Positions 51,411-62,725 of a stretch of DNA of 64,000 bases are shown here, in pieces. Source of the stretch: Chiloscyllium plagiosum (lineage: Eukaryota); NCBI RefSeq assembly GCF_004010195.1, contig NC_057751.1, positions 15,669,677 through 15,733,676 on the forward strand. Direction: 5' to 3'. Both the position numbers and the translations under genes were made by a program. Positions within the stretch are counted from its first letter, which is position 1; every line of letters begins with the position of its first letter. The notes under the pieces were generated by a model, which saw only the letters and a program-made list of their open reading frames with translations, did no database searches and was not told the origin of the DNA.

Positions 51411-51900
51411 TTGTGGGTTTCAGAATCTTAAAAAAAAAAACTTACATGCCCTCCCGCTCACTTTGGAGACACTCACTTGCGCTCCAATGACCATTTGCCA
51501 GCATTGTTTCCTTTACATCCACACGTGGTCGCAGTCAGGAAAATATATCATTCCACACGGAGTACAGAAGGTTTGCTTGGCAGGGCTGACAGATTTCCGA
51601 TAGTCTGAAACGCACACTGAAAAATGTGAGTTTGGCAGCCATTCATAGGATCCTCAGCAGGTCCCAGCGAGGTCGCCGAAGTCTGATCAAAATACTCGTG
51701 TTTGTATCCCATCTCATTGAATCGTCACAAAAGCACCACTTTGTGAATTTAGCATCTAAGTGGCTGGCACCTCTGGCACTGCAGCACTCCCTCAGTTCGA
51801 CCTGTTCTCTTGCTGATGATCCTGTTCGCCAATCTTGCAGTTCCCTTCCGTTGCACCTTCCCACCCCAAATTGACAAATCACTCGGTGGGGTCTAAAGAT

Positions 51901-52085
51901 TGACCAAAACTGGGCATGGTGCTGAAGGTGGGGCTTGACCAGAACTGGGCATGGTGCTCAAGGTGAGGCTTGACCAGAACTGGGCATGGTGCTCAAGGTG
52001 GGGCTTGACCAGAACTGGGCATGGTGCTGAAGGCGGGGCTTGACCAGAACTGGGCATGGTGCTCAAGGTGGGGCTTGACTAGAAT
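51901..52085. repeat. 35-bp minisatellite, 5 full copies plus a partial
   Basis: TGACCAGAACTGGGCATGGTGCT(C/G)AAGGTGGGGCT starting at 51901, 51936, 51971, 52006, 52041 and 52076. Confidence 0.95.
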
Positions 52086-52476
52086 TATGGGATGTGATCA
52101 ATTCTGATCCATTTCTAGTTTTCCCCTCACGGTCAAACAGACTGCGACAAAATCAGAAATGGACCCCATCACGATAACATTAAAACCACATCCCTATCCC
52201 CAAGTCATTTCCTGATTTCACAATCGGTCACTGTAGATGTAATCCATTGGAATAGCCTCACCTGGAAAGACTGCACCGAGGCTATCATAAGGGCCACTGC
52301 AGTCTCCGAGCGGTGAGAGAAATCCATGTGTTTTGTTGCGTGCTGGTCGGTATCAGCAGCAGATTGCTGTTTGCAGGAATTGCATGCCACTCTGTTGACT
52401 CCAAGAAATGATAAGTTATTGAAATTCCTGTTTTATCTCATTGCTACTATTTGGGATTGTTACCGGGGATGTGCAG

Positions 52477-52509
52477 GCTAAGAAGAGGAGATATTCGTCT
52501 TCCAACCAG
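52477..52509 (+). CDS. LMAN2L: LMAN2L 33-nt alternative cassette exon (AKKRRYSSSNQ)
   Basis: GTGCAG|GCT AAG AAG AGG AGA TAT TCG TCT TCC AAC CAG|GTAGTC, phase 0-0. Resembles the 11-aa insert AQKRRYSPGVQ of the long human isoform (recalled, not searched). Confidence 0.8.
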
Positions 52510-53120
52510 GTAGTCTTGTGTTCCAATCTCCGTGCTCTCTGGCATGTCTCACTTCCTTGCTTTTCTGTCTTGAGTTTATCATACTGCATTTTTTAAAAAA
52601 AAAAATATGATTCTAATGCAAGGAACACTATTAGTTTGCGGTGTTTGAACTTTGTGTCCTGTGGTGTGCTGTCTTCTCCCCACCCACCATCTCCCAAGTG
52701 CTTGGAGAGATCAGAGCATCTCTCGCAGGCATTGGTTGGGACTAAGATTTCTTTCAGAGGGAGACTGGGGAGATTATTGGATGCTGCGAGGGAGTGGGAG
52801 GAGTTTGAAAGCTTGATGGTCAAGCTCCATTGGATTCCTTCTGCATTCTCTCACGTTCAGTTCTGAACCAGTGTGTTTGCACCACAGAGTTCGATGCAGT
52901 CTCCTGGAGTGCTGAGTTCAGACGATTACTTATGAATAAGTAACAGTAGAACCGCCTTGAGATTAAGAGAACCTGTATTAAGGAGTTGAATTTGTCTCCT
53001 TTCTGTCAGTTTGGAAATCAATAGGTCGCCATTTGCTCCGAGGCCTGTTTTTGAAGGATGTTGAGCTCATTGCTTTGTGTTTGTGGATTGACCTGCTTTT
53101 TCCACCCTCTTGCCGCACAG

Positions 53121-53282
53121 CGAATTTTCCCGTACATCTCAGCAATGGTGAACAATGGGAGCCTGTCGTACGATCACTCACGAGACGGACGGCCCATCAC
53201 CATTGGAGGGTGCTCCGCCCTCGTGCGCAATCTCAATCACGACACCTTTGTGGTGATCCGGTACCTGAAACGGAGGCTCACG
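53121..53282 (+). CDS. LMAN2L: LMAN2L exon 5
   Basis: CACAG| RIFPYISAMVNNGSLSYDHSRDGRPITIGGCSALVRNLNHDTFVVIRYLKRRLT |GTGAGT. 162 nt. Confidence 0.96.
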
Positions 53283-53621
53283 GTGAGTGCTACCAGAGGA
53301 AGAACAAGTCTTTCAGCTCCCAACAAAATGTGAGGTTTCCCAACTTGACCAATCCCCTTTATCGGGCTACAGATTTTGGATTGAGACGTGAACCTGGGAC
53401 CCTTACTGGCCCCCTGCGCTAACTGTCTCAGTTTGCTGTAGTGCCTTGTTCAATTCCTGTTGATCTAATTGTTGACCTGTCTTGAACAGACCTCTGTATC
53501 CTGCTGACCCGGGCATACAGGCTGCCCTGTTAGTACAAGAGAATTAAAGATCAGCTTTCTGGTCACATGTCAAGAGCAGACAGGAAACATTTTGAAGTGA
53601 GTTGATGAATTTATTTTGCAG

Positions 53622-53736
53622 GTCATGATCAACATTGAAGGCAAGAACGAGTGGAAAGATTGCATTGACATTCCTGGTGTCAAACTGCCTTTGGGTTACT
53701 ACTTTGGGATCTCATCAGCGACTGGCGATTTGACGG
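53622..53736 (+). CDS. LMAN2L: LMAN2L exon 6
   Basis: TTGCAG| VMINIEGKNEWKDCIDIPGVKLPLGYYFGISSATGDLT |GTATGT. 115 nt. Confidence 0.96.
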
Positions 53737-54269
53737 GTATGTTGTGTTTAATCCCTTTCTTGGACCTTGCTTTGCACCGGGTAGCCAGAGAAGTGCTTGA
53801 GAAGAGGGACTTGCATGTAGGAACTTCCACGATTACAGGGTTTGCGGCCAGCGACGTCACAAGGTGGGATGTTAGGCAACCAATGTGCACACAGCAAGCT
53901 GCTACAGTCCGCAGTGTGAGGATGACTGGGTTCTGTTCTGTAATGTTTGATGGATAGGTCATAGACCCAGAGCACTGGGCAGATCTTACCTGGTCACCTG
54001 AGAAATACCGCCATGGTATCCTGCTCATAGACTGAGGGAATAAATGAGGCTTCGCCTCAAAGTTAAATCCAAGACTGCCCCCAGTAGTGTTGCACTCCCT
54101 CAGTACTGCACTAGTGTTGTCACTCTGGAATTTGAACTCACCTACTCAGGCCACGGGCTGACTCATTTTGAGGAGAGATGGATGGTAGGACTCGTATCTG
54201 GATCCAAGGGACTCCAGGGCCGCCTTAAAGACTGTAGGTTCCACGTCAGGTCAGAGGGTGGTAATCCTG

Positions 54270-54810
54270 CAGAAGTCCCAAACACACCACCTGACTCTCC
54301 AAAGCCTGTAGCACCATTGACAAGACACAAGTCAGGAGTGTGTGATGCAATACTCCCCACTTGCCCTGGATGGGGGCAGCCCCAACAACACTTCAGAAGC
54401 TCAACACCGTCCAGGTCAAAGCAGCCCCTGCTTGACTGGCACCATATCCACAAATATCCACTGCCTCCACCTCCGACGCTCAGTAGCAGCTGTGTGTATT
54501 AACTGCACGGTGCATTGCAGCAACTCCCCCAGGCTCCTTTGATAGCACCTTCCAAACCTCCTACCACCTATAAGGATAAGACAGACACAAGGGAACGCCA
54601 TCCTTCCAAGTCACACACCATTCTTACTTGGAAATATATCACCATTCCTTTTGTGTCACTGGGTCAAAATCCTGAAGTTCCCTTTCGAACAGCAATGTGC
54701 GTCTACCGCCACCGTAGTGACTGCAGTGCACCACCACCTTGGCAAGGGGCAATTAGAATGAGGCAGTCAATGTTGGCCGAACCAGCAATGCCCACTTCAC
54801 AAGAATTAGA
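54270..54810 (+). mobile_element. Degraded non-LTR retroelement 3' fragment
   Basis: Reverse complement of the 9200-9690 / 15320-15880 family. Confidence 0.6.
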
Positions 54811-54859
54811 TCAAAAACAGCCGGTTTTCTTGCCTTCTAGTTGGTTATATGAACATTTA

Positions 54860-55990
54860 GAGCCACACAGCATGGTCCAACCGCTCCATGTCAGCCATGT
54901 TCCCAAACAAAACTAGTCCCACTTAGCTGTGTTTGGCCCTTATCCCTCCAAACCTTTCCTATTCATGTACTTATCCAAATGACTTTTAAATGTTGTAACT
55001 GTACCCATATCCACCATTTCCTCTGACAGTTTGTCCACACTTGAACCACTCTGTTAAAAAAACAAAATGCCCCTCGTGTGCTTTTTAAACCTTCCTCCTG
55101 TCACCTTAAAAATATGCCCCCCAGTTTTGAACTCCCCACAGTCGGGTAAAGATCCTTGACATTCATGTTATCTATGCCCACATGCTTTTATAAACCACTA
55201 TCATGTCACCCTCAACCTCTTGCACAGCAGTGAACAAGTCGCTGTCGATCCAGCCAGCTTTTTTAATAACTCAAACACTCCAATCCTGGGAAAACCCTGG
55301 TAAATCCGTTCTGAACCTATTTGAATTTAATAATAATATTCCAACAGCAGGGCCACCAGAACTGCACACAGTACTCCAGAAGATGCCTCACCAATTTCCT
55401 TTACAACTTCAACATGACATCCCCCCCCTCCTGTGCTCAAAGGTTTGAGCAATGAAGGCAAGCATGCTAAATGCCTTACTAACTACCCTATCCATGTGTG
55501 ATGCAAACTTTAAAGAATTTTGCACCTGAATCCCTCAGTCTCTCTGTTCCACAACACTACCAAGAGCCCTACCATTAATTGTGTAAGTCCTGCCCTTATT
55601 TGTTTTACCAAAATGCATACCATACCTCGCATTTGTCCAAATTAAACTCCATCTGCCACTCCTCAGCCCATTGACCCAGTTGATCAAGACCTCTTGTAAT
55701 CTTAGATGATCTTCTTCACTGTCCACGACAACCAATTTTGGTGTCGTCTGCAAACTTAGCAACCATACCTGCTATATTCTCGTCCAAATCATTTGTATAA
55801 ATGATAAACAGAAGTGGACCCAGCACTGATTTCTGTGAAACACCGCTGGTCAGAGGCCTCCAATCCAAACAACAAAACTTCACTCTCTGTTTCCTACCAT
55901 CAAGCCAATTTTGTATGCAATTGGTAAGCTCTCCCACGTGATCTAACTTTACTCAGTAGTCTACTGTGCAGAACCTCGTCAAAAACTTAG
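54860..55990 (-). mobile_element. CR1 LINE RT and 3' fragment
   Basis: NWLDGRKQRV...GVSQKSVLGPLLFIIYTNDLD...KFADDTK. Confidence 0.9.
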
Positions 55991-56322
55991 CTAAAGACAC
56001 CGTGGTTCCTCCCATTGTTGTCCTCCTGGCCTGTGGGTGCACTGTTAGTGACCAGACTTCCCTTCTAAGAGGGAAGTGGTGGTGACGATTGCAGATGGAG
56101 GTTTAAATTCAGAAGCAGCCTTTCCCCTTCATCTTTGCTTGTCTTGCCAAAGAAGGGCTGGCACACCCAGGACAAGGACCTTGAGGAGTGGGTAGCTACC
56201 ACAGATCTGGAGCTCAGGGCCGTAACTGAACTGGCCAAGAGGTAGGAAGTGTAATTTTTGAGTGAGTGACACATGATCAGGTCCTCTGACCCCTTTTTTT
56301 AACAACATGTTTTCCCTTGTAG

Positions 56323-56442
56323 ATAATCATGACATTATATCAGTAAAGGTCTACCAACTGACAGTGCAACGAACAGCTGAGGAGACTGAATCGGATGACA
56401 TCGTGCTGGTTCCAAGTGTGGATAATCTCAAGTTTGAAGATG
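56323..56442 (+). CDS. LMAN2L: LMAN2L exon 7
   Basis: TGTAG| DNHDIISVKVYQLTVQRTAEETESDDIVLVPSVDNLKFED |GTAGGA. 120 nt. Confidence 0.95.
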
Positions 56443-56669
56443 GTAGGACAAATTGTTCTGATTTTCCACTTGCAAAGAACAGACACCAGTCTGTAAATGC
56501 TCACCATTCTTGGACATTGACAGAAAGCCTTAGAATCTTGCAGCACAGAACGGGGCCATTTGACGCTTTGTGCCTGTGCTGGCTGTTTGGAAGAGCTGTC
56601 CAATTACTTTTTCGCGAGAATGTCTGCCCCTTATTTTATCAGAAGGAGTGGAAAGGCGAGAATTAATTT

Positions 56670-58500
56670 GAAGAAATGTGTTAAGGACAAGCCAGGGAAC
56701 TATACACCAGTGAGCCTGATGTCGGTGGAGGGTATCCTGAGGGACAGGATGTACGTGTATTTGGAAAGGCATGGACTGATTCAGGATAGTCAGCATGGCT
56801 TTGTGCATGGGAAATCATGTCTTGCAAACTTGATTGAGCTTTTTGAAGAAGGAGCAAAGAGGATTGATGAGGGCAGAGCAGTAGATGTGGTCTAAATGGA
56901 TTTCAGTAAGGCGTTCAACAAGCTTCGCCATGGGAGACTGATTAGCAAGGTTAGATCTCATGGAATACAGGGAGAACTAGCCATTTGGATACATAACTGG
57001 CTCGAAGCTAGAAGGTGGTGGTGGAGGGTTGTTTTTCAGACTGGACGCCTGTGACCAGTGGAGTGCCACAAGGATCAGTCTTGGATCCACGAGTTTTTGT
57101 CATTTGGATAAATGATTTGGATGCGAGCATAACAGGTACAGTTAGTAAGTTTGCAGAGGACACCAAAATTGGAGGTGTAGTGGACAGCGAAGAAGGGTTA
57201 CCTCAGATTACAACGGGATCTTGATCAGATGAGCCAATGAGCTGAGGAGTAGCAGTTGGAGTTTAATTTAGATAAATGCAAGGTGCTGCATTTTGGGAAA
57301 GCAAATCTTAGCAGGACTTATACACTTAATGGTAAGGTCCTAGGGAGTGTTGCTGAACAAAGAGACCTTGGAGTGCAGGTTCATAGTTCCTTGGAGTCGC
57401 AGGTAGATATGTTAGTGAAGAAGGCGTTTGGTATGCTTCCTTTATTGGTCAGACCATTGAGTACAGGAGTTGGGAGGTCATGTTGCAGCTGTACAGGACA
57501 TTGGTTAGGCCGCTTTTGGAATACTGTGTGCAGTTCTGGTCTCCTTCCTAATGGAAGGATGTTGTAAAACTTTAAAGGGTTCAGAAAAGATTTCCAAGGA
57601 TGTTGCCAGGATTGGAGGATTTGAGCTATCAGGAGAGGCTGAATAGGCTGGGGCTATTTTCCCTGGAGTGTTGGAGGCTGAGGGGTGTGACCTTAGAGGT
57701 TTATAAAATCATGAGGGGCGTGGATAGGATAAATAAAGTCTTTTCCCTGGTGTGGGAGAGTCCAGAACTAGATGGCATAAGTTTAGGGTGAGAGGGAATG
57801 ATTTAAAAGGGACCTAAGGGGCAACTTTTTCACACAGGATGGTACGTGTATGGGATGAGCTGCAAGAGAAAGTGGTGGAGGCTGGTACAATTGCAATATT
57901 TAAAAGGCTTTTGGATGGGTATATGAATAGGAATGGTTTGGAGGGATACCAAACCAGCAGACCAGGGAGGCGCGGTAGTAGTTTGGCGCACCGACCTCTA
58001 CACCGCTGAGGCCAAACGCCAACTCGCAGATACCTCCTCCTACTGCCCCCTTGACCATGACCCCACCCCCCACCACCAAACCATCATCTCCCAGACCGTC
58101 CATAACCTCATCACCTCGGGGGATCTCCCATCCACCGCCTCCAACCTCATAGTCCCACAACCCCGCACCTCCCGCTTCTACCTCCTGCCCAAAATCCACA
58201 AACCTGACTGCCCCGGCCGACCCATTGTCTCAGCCTGCTCCTGCCCCACCGAACTCATCTCCGCATACCTTGACACCGTCCTGTCCCCCTTAGTCCAAGA
58301 AGAAGGGCTTATGCCCGAAACGTCGATTCTCCTGTTCCCTGGATGCTGCCTGACCTGCTGCGCTTTTCCAGCAACACATTTTCAGCTTGGAGGGATATGG
58401 GCCAGGTGCTGGCAATTGGGACTAGATTGGGTTGGGATATCTGGGTCAGCATGGTCGAGTTGGATCGAAGGGTCTGTTTCCGCGCTGTACATCTCTATGA
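56670..58500 (+). mobile_element. CR1 LINE RT and 3' UTR, interrupted by a PLE insertion
   Basis: Close similarity to 31400-32780. QHGFVHGKSCL, GVPQGSVL, KFAEDTK. Confidence 0.92.
57949..58386 (+). mobile_element. Internally deleted young PLE family B insertion (RT fragment fused to terminal repeat)
   Basis: Stop-free KPADQGGAVVVW...FYLLPKIHKPDCPGRPIVS, typical of PLE RT. 11-bp TSD TTGGAGGGATA at 57938-57948 and 58387-58397. Confidence 0.9.
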
Positions 58501-58706
58501 CTAAACCAACAACTGCCAGCCCTCCCCGTGGAAATCTCAACCGTGACTTCTTTCAAAGTTGCTTTGAGTTCTGAAGAAATAACGCTGGACTCAAAACATT
58601 TACTGTGTTTCTCTCTCTGCCAGACCTGCTGAGTTTCCCCAGTATTCTGCTTGTTGTTTCGAGGTCGCTTTATTTCGAGCTTGGCTTTTCCTTCTCCCTT
58701 ACGCAG

Positions 58707-58849
58707 ATGACGTGGATTACGAGCCGATGAGTGGTTTGACCCTGTTCTTCATTGTTTTCTTCTCCCTCGTTGGCCTGATGGTGCTGGCCGTGATCGGCAT
58801 CATCGTGTTCCAGAAGTGGCAAGAACAGAGCCGAAAGCGTTTTTACTGA
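58707..58849 (+). CDS. LMAN2L: LMAN2L last coding exon (TM helix, RKRFY tail)
   Basis: ACGCAG| DDVDYEPMSGLTLFFIVFFSLVGLMVLAVIGIIVFQKWQEQSRKRFY-TGA. Confidence 0.96.
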
Positions 58850-61600
58850 GGCCCAGCTGAGGAGACAACGTTTCAGACTCGGAACCTTGGGGAGAGGAGG
58901 GAGATTGGGCACAGCACGGGTTTATTTTCCTCATCTCTGGTGTCTTCGGATCATCGCCAACTGCAGTTCTTTGATCTTGCTCCCAACTCTACGGAGTACA
59001 GTTGGAAAACTGTATTGTGAACTCGTTCACTGCTGAGATTCTGGGACTGACTAACTATCAGCGATAGGCAAAAAAACCCACCTTTATCAGAAGAGGTTTC
59101 AGCAAGAAGAAAATCCAAGAGGCAAAATTGTTAGTATTTCTGTTTTTGTCCCTCTTTCCAGATGTGTTTGATACATTTAAAATGTCTTTCATCGGTGTGT
59201 CTGTGTATGTATGTCTATCGATATATACAGGTTGCTGTGACTAGTTTCCACAATCTTTCTTCCCTAACTTGAAAATAATCTTGCAGAGTTCCTCCAGACC
59301 AGACCGTGGCTTTTGCAGAGTTCAAGAACAGGTTTGCAAGTTGGTCACAACTTATTCAAAAACAAAGGTCAAATTGAGGAAGAATATCATCTCTCGAACT
59401 GTTCCCCTTTTTCCTTACATAAATCACTCAGGATTTGGTGCGTAGTCTGTTGTTGATTGGATACAGCATGAGTTTTTTTTAAAATTTCAATTTGCGTTTT
59501 CCACTTTGGTGAAAATGCATGGTCATTTTATTTTGGGAAAGGACAGGAAGGGGGATTTTGGGACAGGTGGTGATTTGTTTGGGAGAGCTCCAATGCCTGC
59601 TTTCATTTCCTCTTTTTGAATGTTCCTCCCCCCCCCTCCCCCCACCCCTGTTTGCATCAAAAGGCACAACAGTCACAGAAAAGTTGTTTTTTTCCCCTTT
59701 CCGGTGAACCTTCCTCTCAATGTGCGGAGTGGCTGTGTTGACTTGATGGGATTGCGTATCAGGCTCGCTCCAAACAGTCAGGATGAGCTCACCCTTGCGA
59801 GGTTGCTGGGGCTGTGAGCCCCAATGAGTGCTATCTTGAGCCAAGCCCTTGCCTGCACAGGGCGGTGGGGTGGTTGTAAATTCCTGGGCGATCACACCGT
59901 GAGCTGCTGGGACCAGTCAGGTTTTGACAATCCGTGTTTGTGTGTTGGGTATCTGTGTTTGTCAGGTCGGTTAGCTGTGGTTGCGTGCCCTCCTGTTCAA
60001 TGATTCCTGATTTTAATGTGAAACCGTGAGAATGACGGGCTGAGAGAGAATGCATTTACATTAAATTTTTAAAACTTTAGTTGCTCGTCATTTGAAGAGG
60101 AGGGACGTTGTCTCTCTCATCAAGTCTTCATTGACCTGCAATTTGATGAGGTTTTCTTGCGCACTCCTGGACTTAACCATGCTGTAGACAAATTAAGGGA
60201 GCCACACTTGAAATTGGATTCTGTGACCCTTCCGGAGGTGCCCATGCACATGAACCTGTCTGAACAAAGGGGCTCCATTTGCTGTTCAGCAGCACTGCTG
60301 AGAGGTGCAGCTGTGAAAGGGAGTGTGTTCATGCATGAGTGAAAGTAGAGGATTACAGGGCTGAACCTGATGGCAACATTATTCATTGATGCTCACTCAG
60401 TGGAGTGTTCCATCACTCTGACGCAGGCAGGAAAATGCACACAATACTGAAGAGGAGCTTTGCCTCTACAATAGTGAAGTAATCCCTCCTTCTCATAACT
60501 GTAAACTGTCAGTCAGTGATGTTGCAGTTTACACATTGTAAAAAATGTAATCTTGCATTCTATACCACCTCCAAGTTGCACAACAAGCACTGAAATACCT
60601 TGTAATGCAGAGATGGTAGCCCATTTGTTCACAGCCAGCTCCTGTCAATAGCAAAATGATAATGACCAGATAGCACATTTCTTTCTCCGGTGTTGGTTGA
60701 ATCATAATCTTGCTCTGTGATCTGGATCTTTCAGGCACAGGCAGAACTGTTTGAGAATGGCAATTTTATCTGAAAGGAATGGGACTGGAAGCTCTAACTC
60801 TTCCAACATCAAGTGTCCAACCCTAAGCTGCTGCTATGTGATCAGTGAAGGAAATATGTCAGTTTTTGTTGTCGAGTGAACTCTGTGACCTCATTTGTGG
60901 TTGAAGGGCAGAACACGAAGGGATAAATCTGTTCGCTTCAAAATAAAAGCAAGTGAGTCAGGGGATTTGTGAGTTGCTTACAGACAGATCCATGCCAACA
61001 TAACTGGAGTTCCTACTTGCTTCAGGATGCGGAGATGCAGGGTGGGGTGGGTTCATGTTAATCCCATCCACAATGGCTGTCCCTTGCTGAGTATTACATT
61101 TCAGCTAAACAACTGCAAACAGCCTGCAGACCATGGAAACTGAGCCAACTGGTTATTGTGTGGACGCAGTGGCTTTCGCAAGGTGTGGGGCAAAACACAA
61201 GCTTCTCTCTCATGTATTGACAAAGTCACTTGAGTTGATTCATATCTAGTTCATCACTGGAATCAATGAAGATGCAAATGTCAGCATTAAAGTGTTTATA
61301 ACTACTGTACCATTTTTGTTTAGTCTATGGGATTACAAGTGTTTGGATCAAACAAAGTGGCAAATATCAGCTCTGCAGCGGTCTAAACAGTGTGCGCAGC
61401 TGAGTTCAGTAGTATATGATCTTGCTTGGGACATAGCAAGGCGATTGACTTTTTTAAAAGTCTTTTGGCATGATCCAAAAGCCAGACATAGAGGAGTATT
61501 GATAATTGCTTTTGTTGGTGAACCTATTATCAGACCACTGTTCTTACATGCTGCTGTTTCAATATCAAATAAATCCCATCAGAAATTTACAGGAAAGCAG
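58850..61600 (+). other. LMAN2L: Probable LMAN2L 3' UTR with several candidate poly(A) signals
   Basis: Repeat-poor region. AATAAA at 60942 and 61568; ATTAAA at 61286 followed by GU/U-rich sequence. The end is uncertain. Confidence 0.45.
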
Positions 61601-62219
61601 TGTCTTTATTTTTTTTCAAGCGTGTTCTCTTGGTCACTGTATGTTACTCAAACTTTAATCGCCCAGGATCTTGTAATCAGTGAAGAACCCAGAACTCACA
61701 TTCAGCACTCCCTGGACAGACACAGCACTGATAACAGATGCAGAGGAAAGTTTCCTCTTTCAAACAGGTAGTAAAGCTCCCTCAATATTGTCCAATCCAA
61801 AATTCCAAGCAAAGGGCCAACACGCATTTGAATAGAGAATAAATTTTAACTGAAAATAAAGCCTTCTCTACACTTAAACACAAAGTAAAACTCTCAGATG
61901 CTGTCTCCATCATACGCTTTGGACACAGGTACAGAGTCCCTTCTACTCAGTGAAACTGAAGTAAAGCTTTCTCCCCCCTGTCCATATCAACCATTTGCAG
62001 TACAGGGACCGCACACTGTTAGACACAAGGTAAAGGTTTCTGCTCTTTTAAACTGCAAATAAAACTCCACTCTTTTATACAGATTGTATGAAGACACTTC
62101 TCAATGTCCCCATTTAACACTCCCAAGACAGGGAAAGCACGCAGTTAGATACCAAGTAAAGCTTCCTCTACACTTTTAACCTGAAAGTAAGGTTCTTTCT
62201 GCTCTTTTAAAATGAAACT

Positions 62220-62725
62220 AAAGCTCCCTTGATACAGTTCCCCCATCAACCACTCCCAGGACAGGGACAGCACAGGGTTAGCTACAGAGTAAAGCTCTCT
62301 CTACACTGTCCCCCATCAACCACTCCCAGGACAGGGACAGCACGGGGTTAGATACAGAGTAAAGCTCTCTCTTCACTGTCCCCCATCAAACACCCCCAGG
62401 ATAGGGACAGCACAGGGTTAGATACAGAGTAAAGCTCCCTGTACACTGTCCCCCCCCATCAACCACTCCCAGGACAGGGACAGCACAGGGTTAGATACAG
62501 AGTAAAGCTCTCTCTACACTGTCCCCCATCAAACACTCCCAGGATCGGGACAGCACAGGGTTAGGTACAGAGGAAAGCTCCCTGTACACTGTCCCCCATC
62601 AAACACTCGCAGGATAGGGACAGCACGGGGTTAGATACAGAGTGTAGCTCCCTGAAAACCATCCCCATCAAACACTCCCAGGCCAGGGACAGTACGGGGT
62701 TAGTAACACAGTAAAGCTCCCTCTG
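62220..62725. repeat. About 70-bp tandem repeat, 7 units, with degenerate units extending back to about 61700
   Basis: Unit AAAGCTC(C/T)CTCTACACTGTCCCCCATCAA(A/C)CACTCCCAGGACAGGGACAGCAC(A/G)GGGTTAGATACAGAGT, starting at about 62220, 62291, 62361, 62431, 62504, 62574, 62644 and 62713. Confidence 0.95.

Larger units (their letters stand above)
41597..58849 (+). other. LMAN2L: LMAN2L (VIP36-like, VIPL) gene, coding span (8 core exons, 326 aa; 337 aa with cassette exon)
   Basis: Spliced L-type lectin with EYLKREHSL.KPYQG, DTYPNEEKQQE, TM segment and C-terminal RKRFY. The RKR ER-retention tail distinguishes LMAN2L from LMAN2. Synteny with CNNM4. Confidence 0.93.

Noticed and set aside
58570..58610. 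Fourth hammerhead-like motif (CTGAAGA...CAAAACATT)
   Set aside because: GAAA core and stem II are degraded in this copy. Only a relic.
51901..62725. 35-bp and 70-bp tandem arrays as CRISPR-like arrays
   Set aside because: No unique spacers, no cas genes, vertebrate context. They are head-to-tail repeats.
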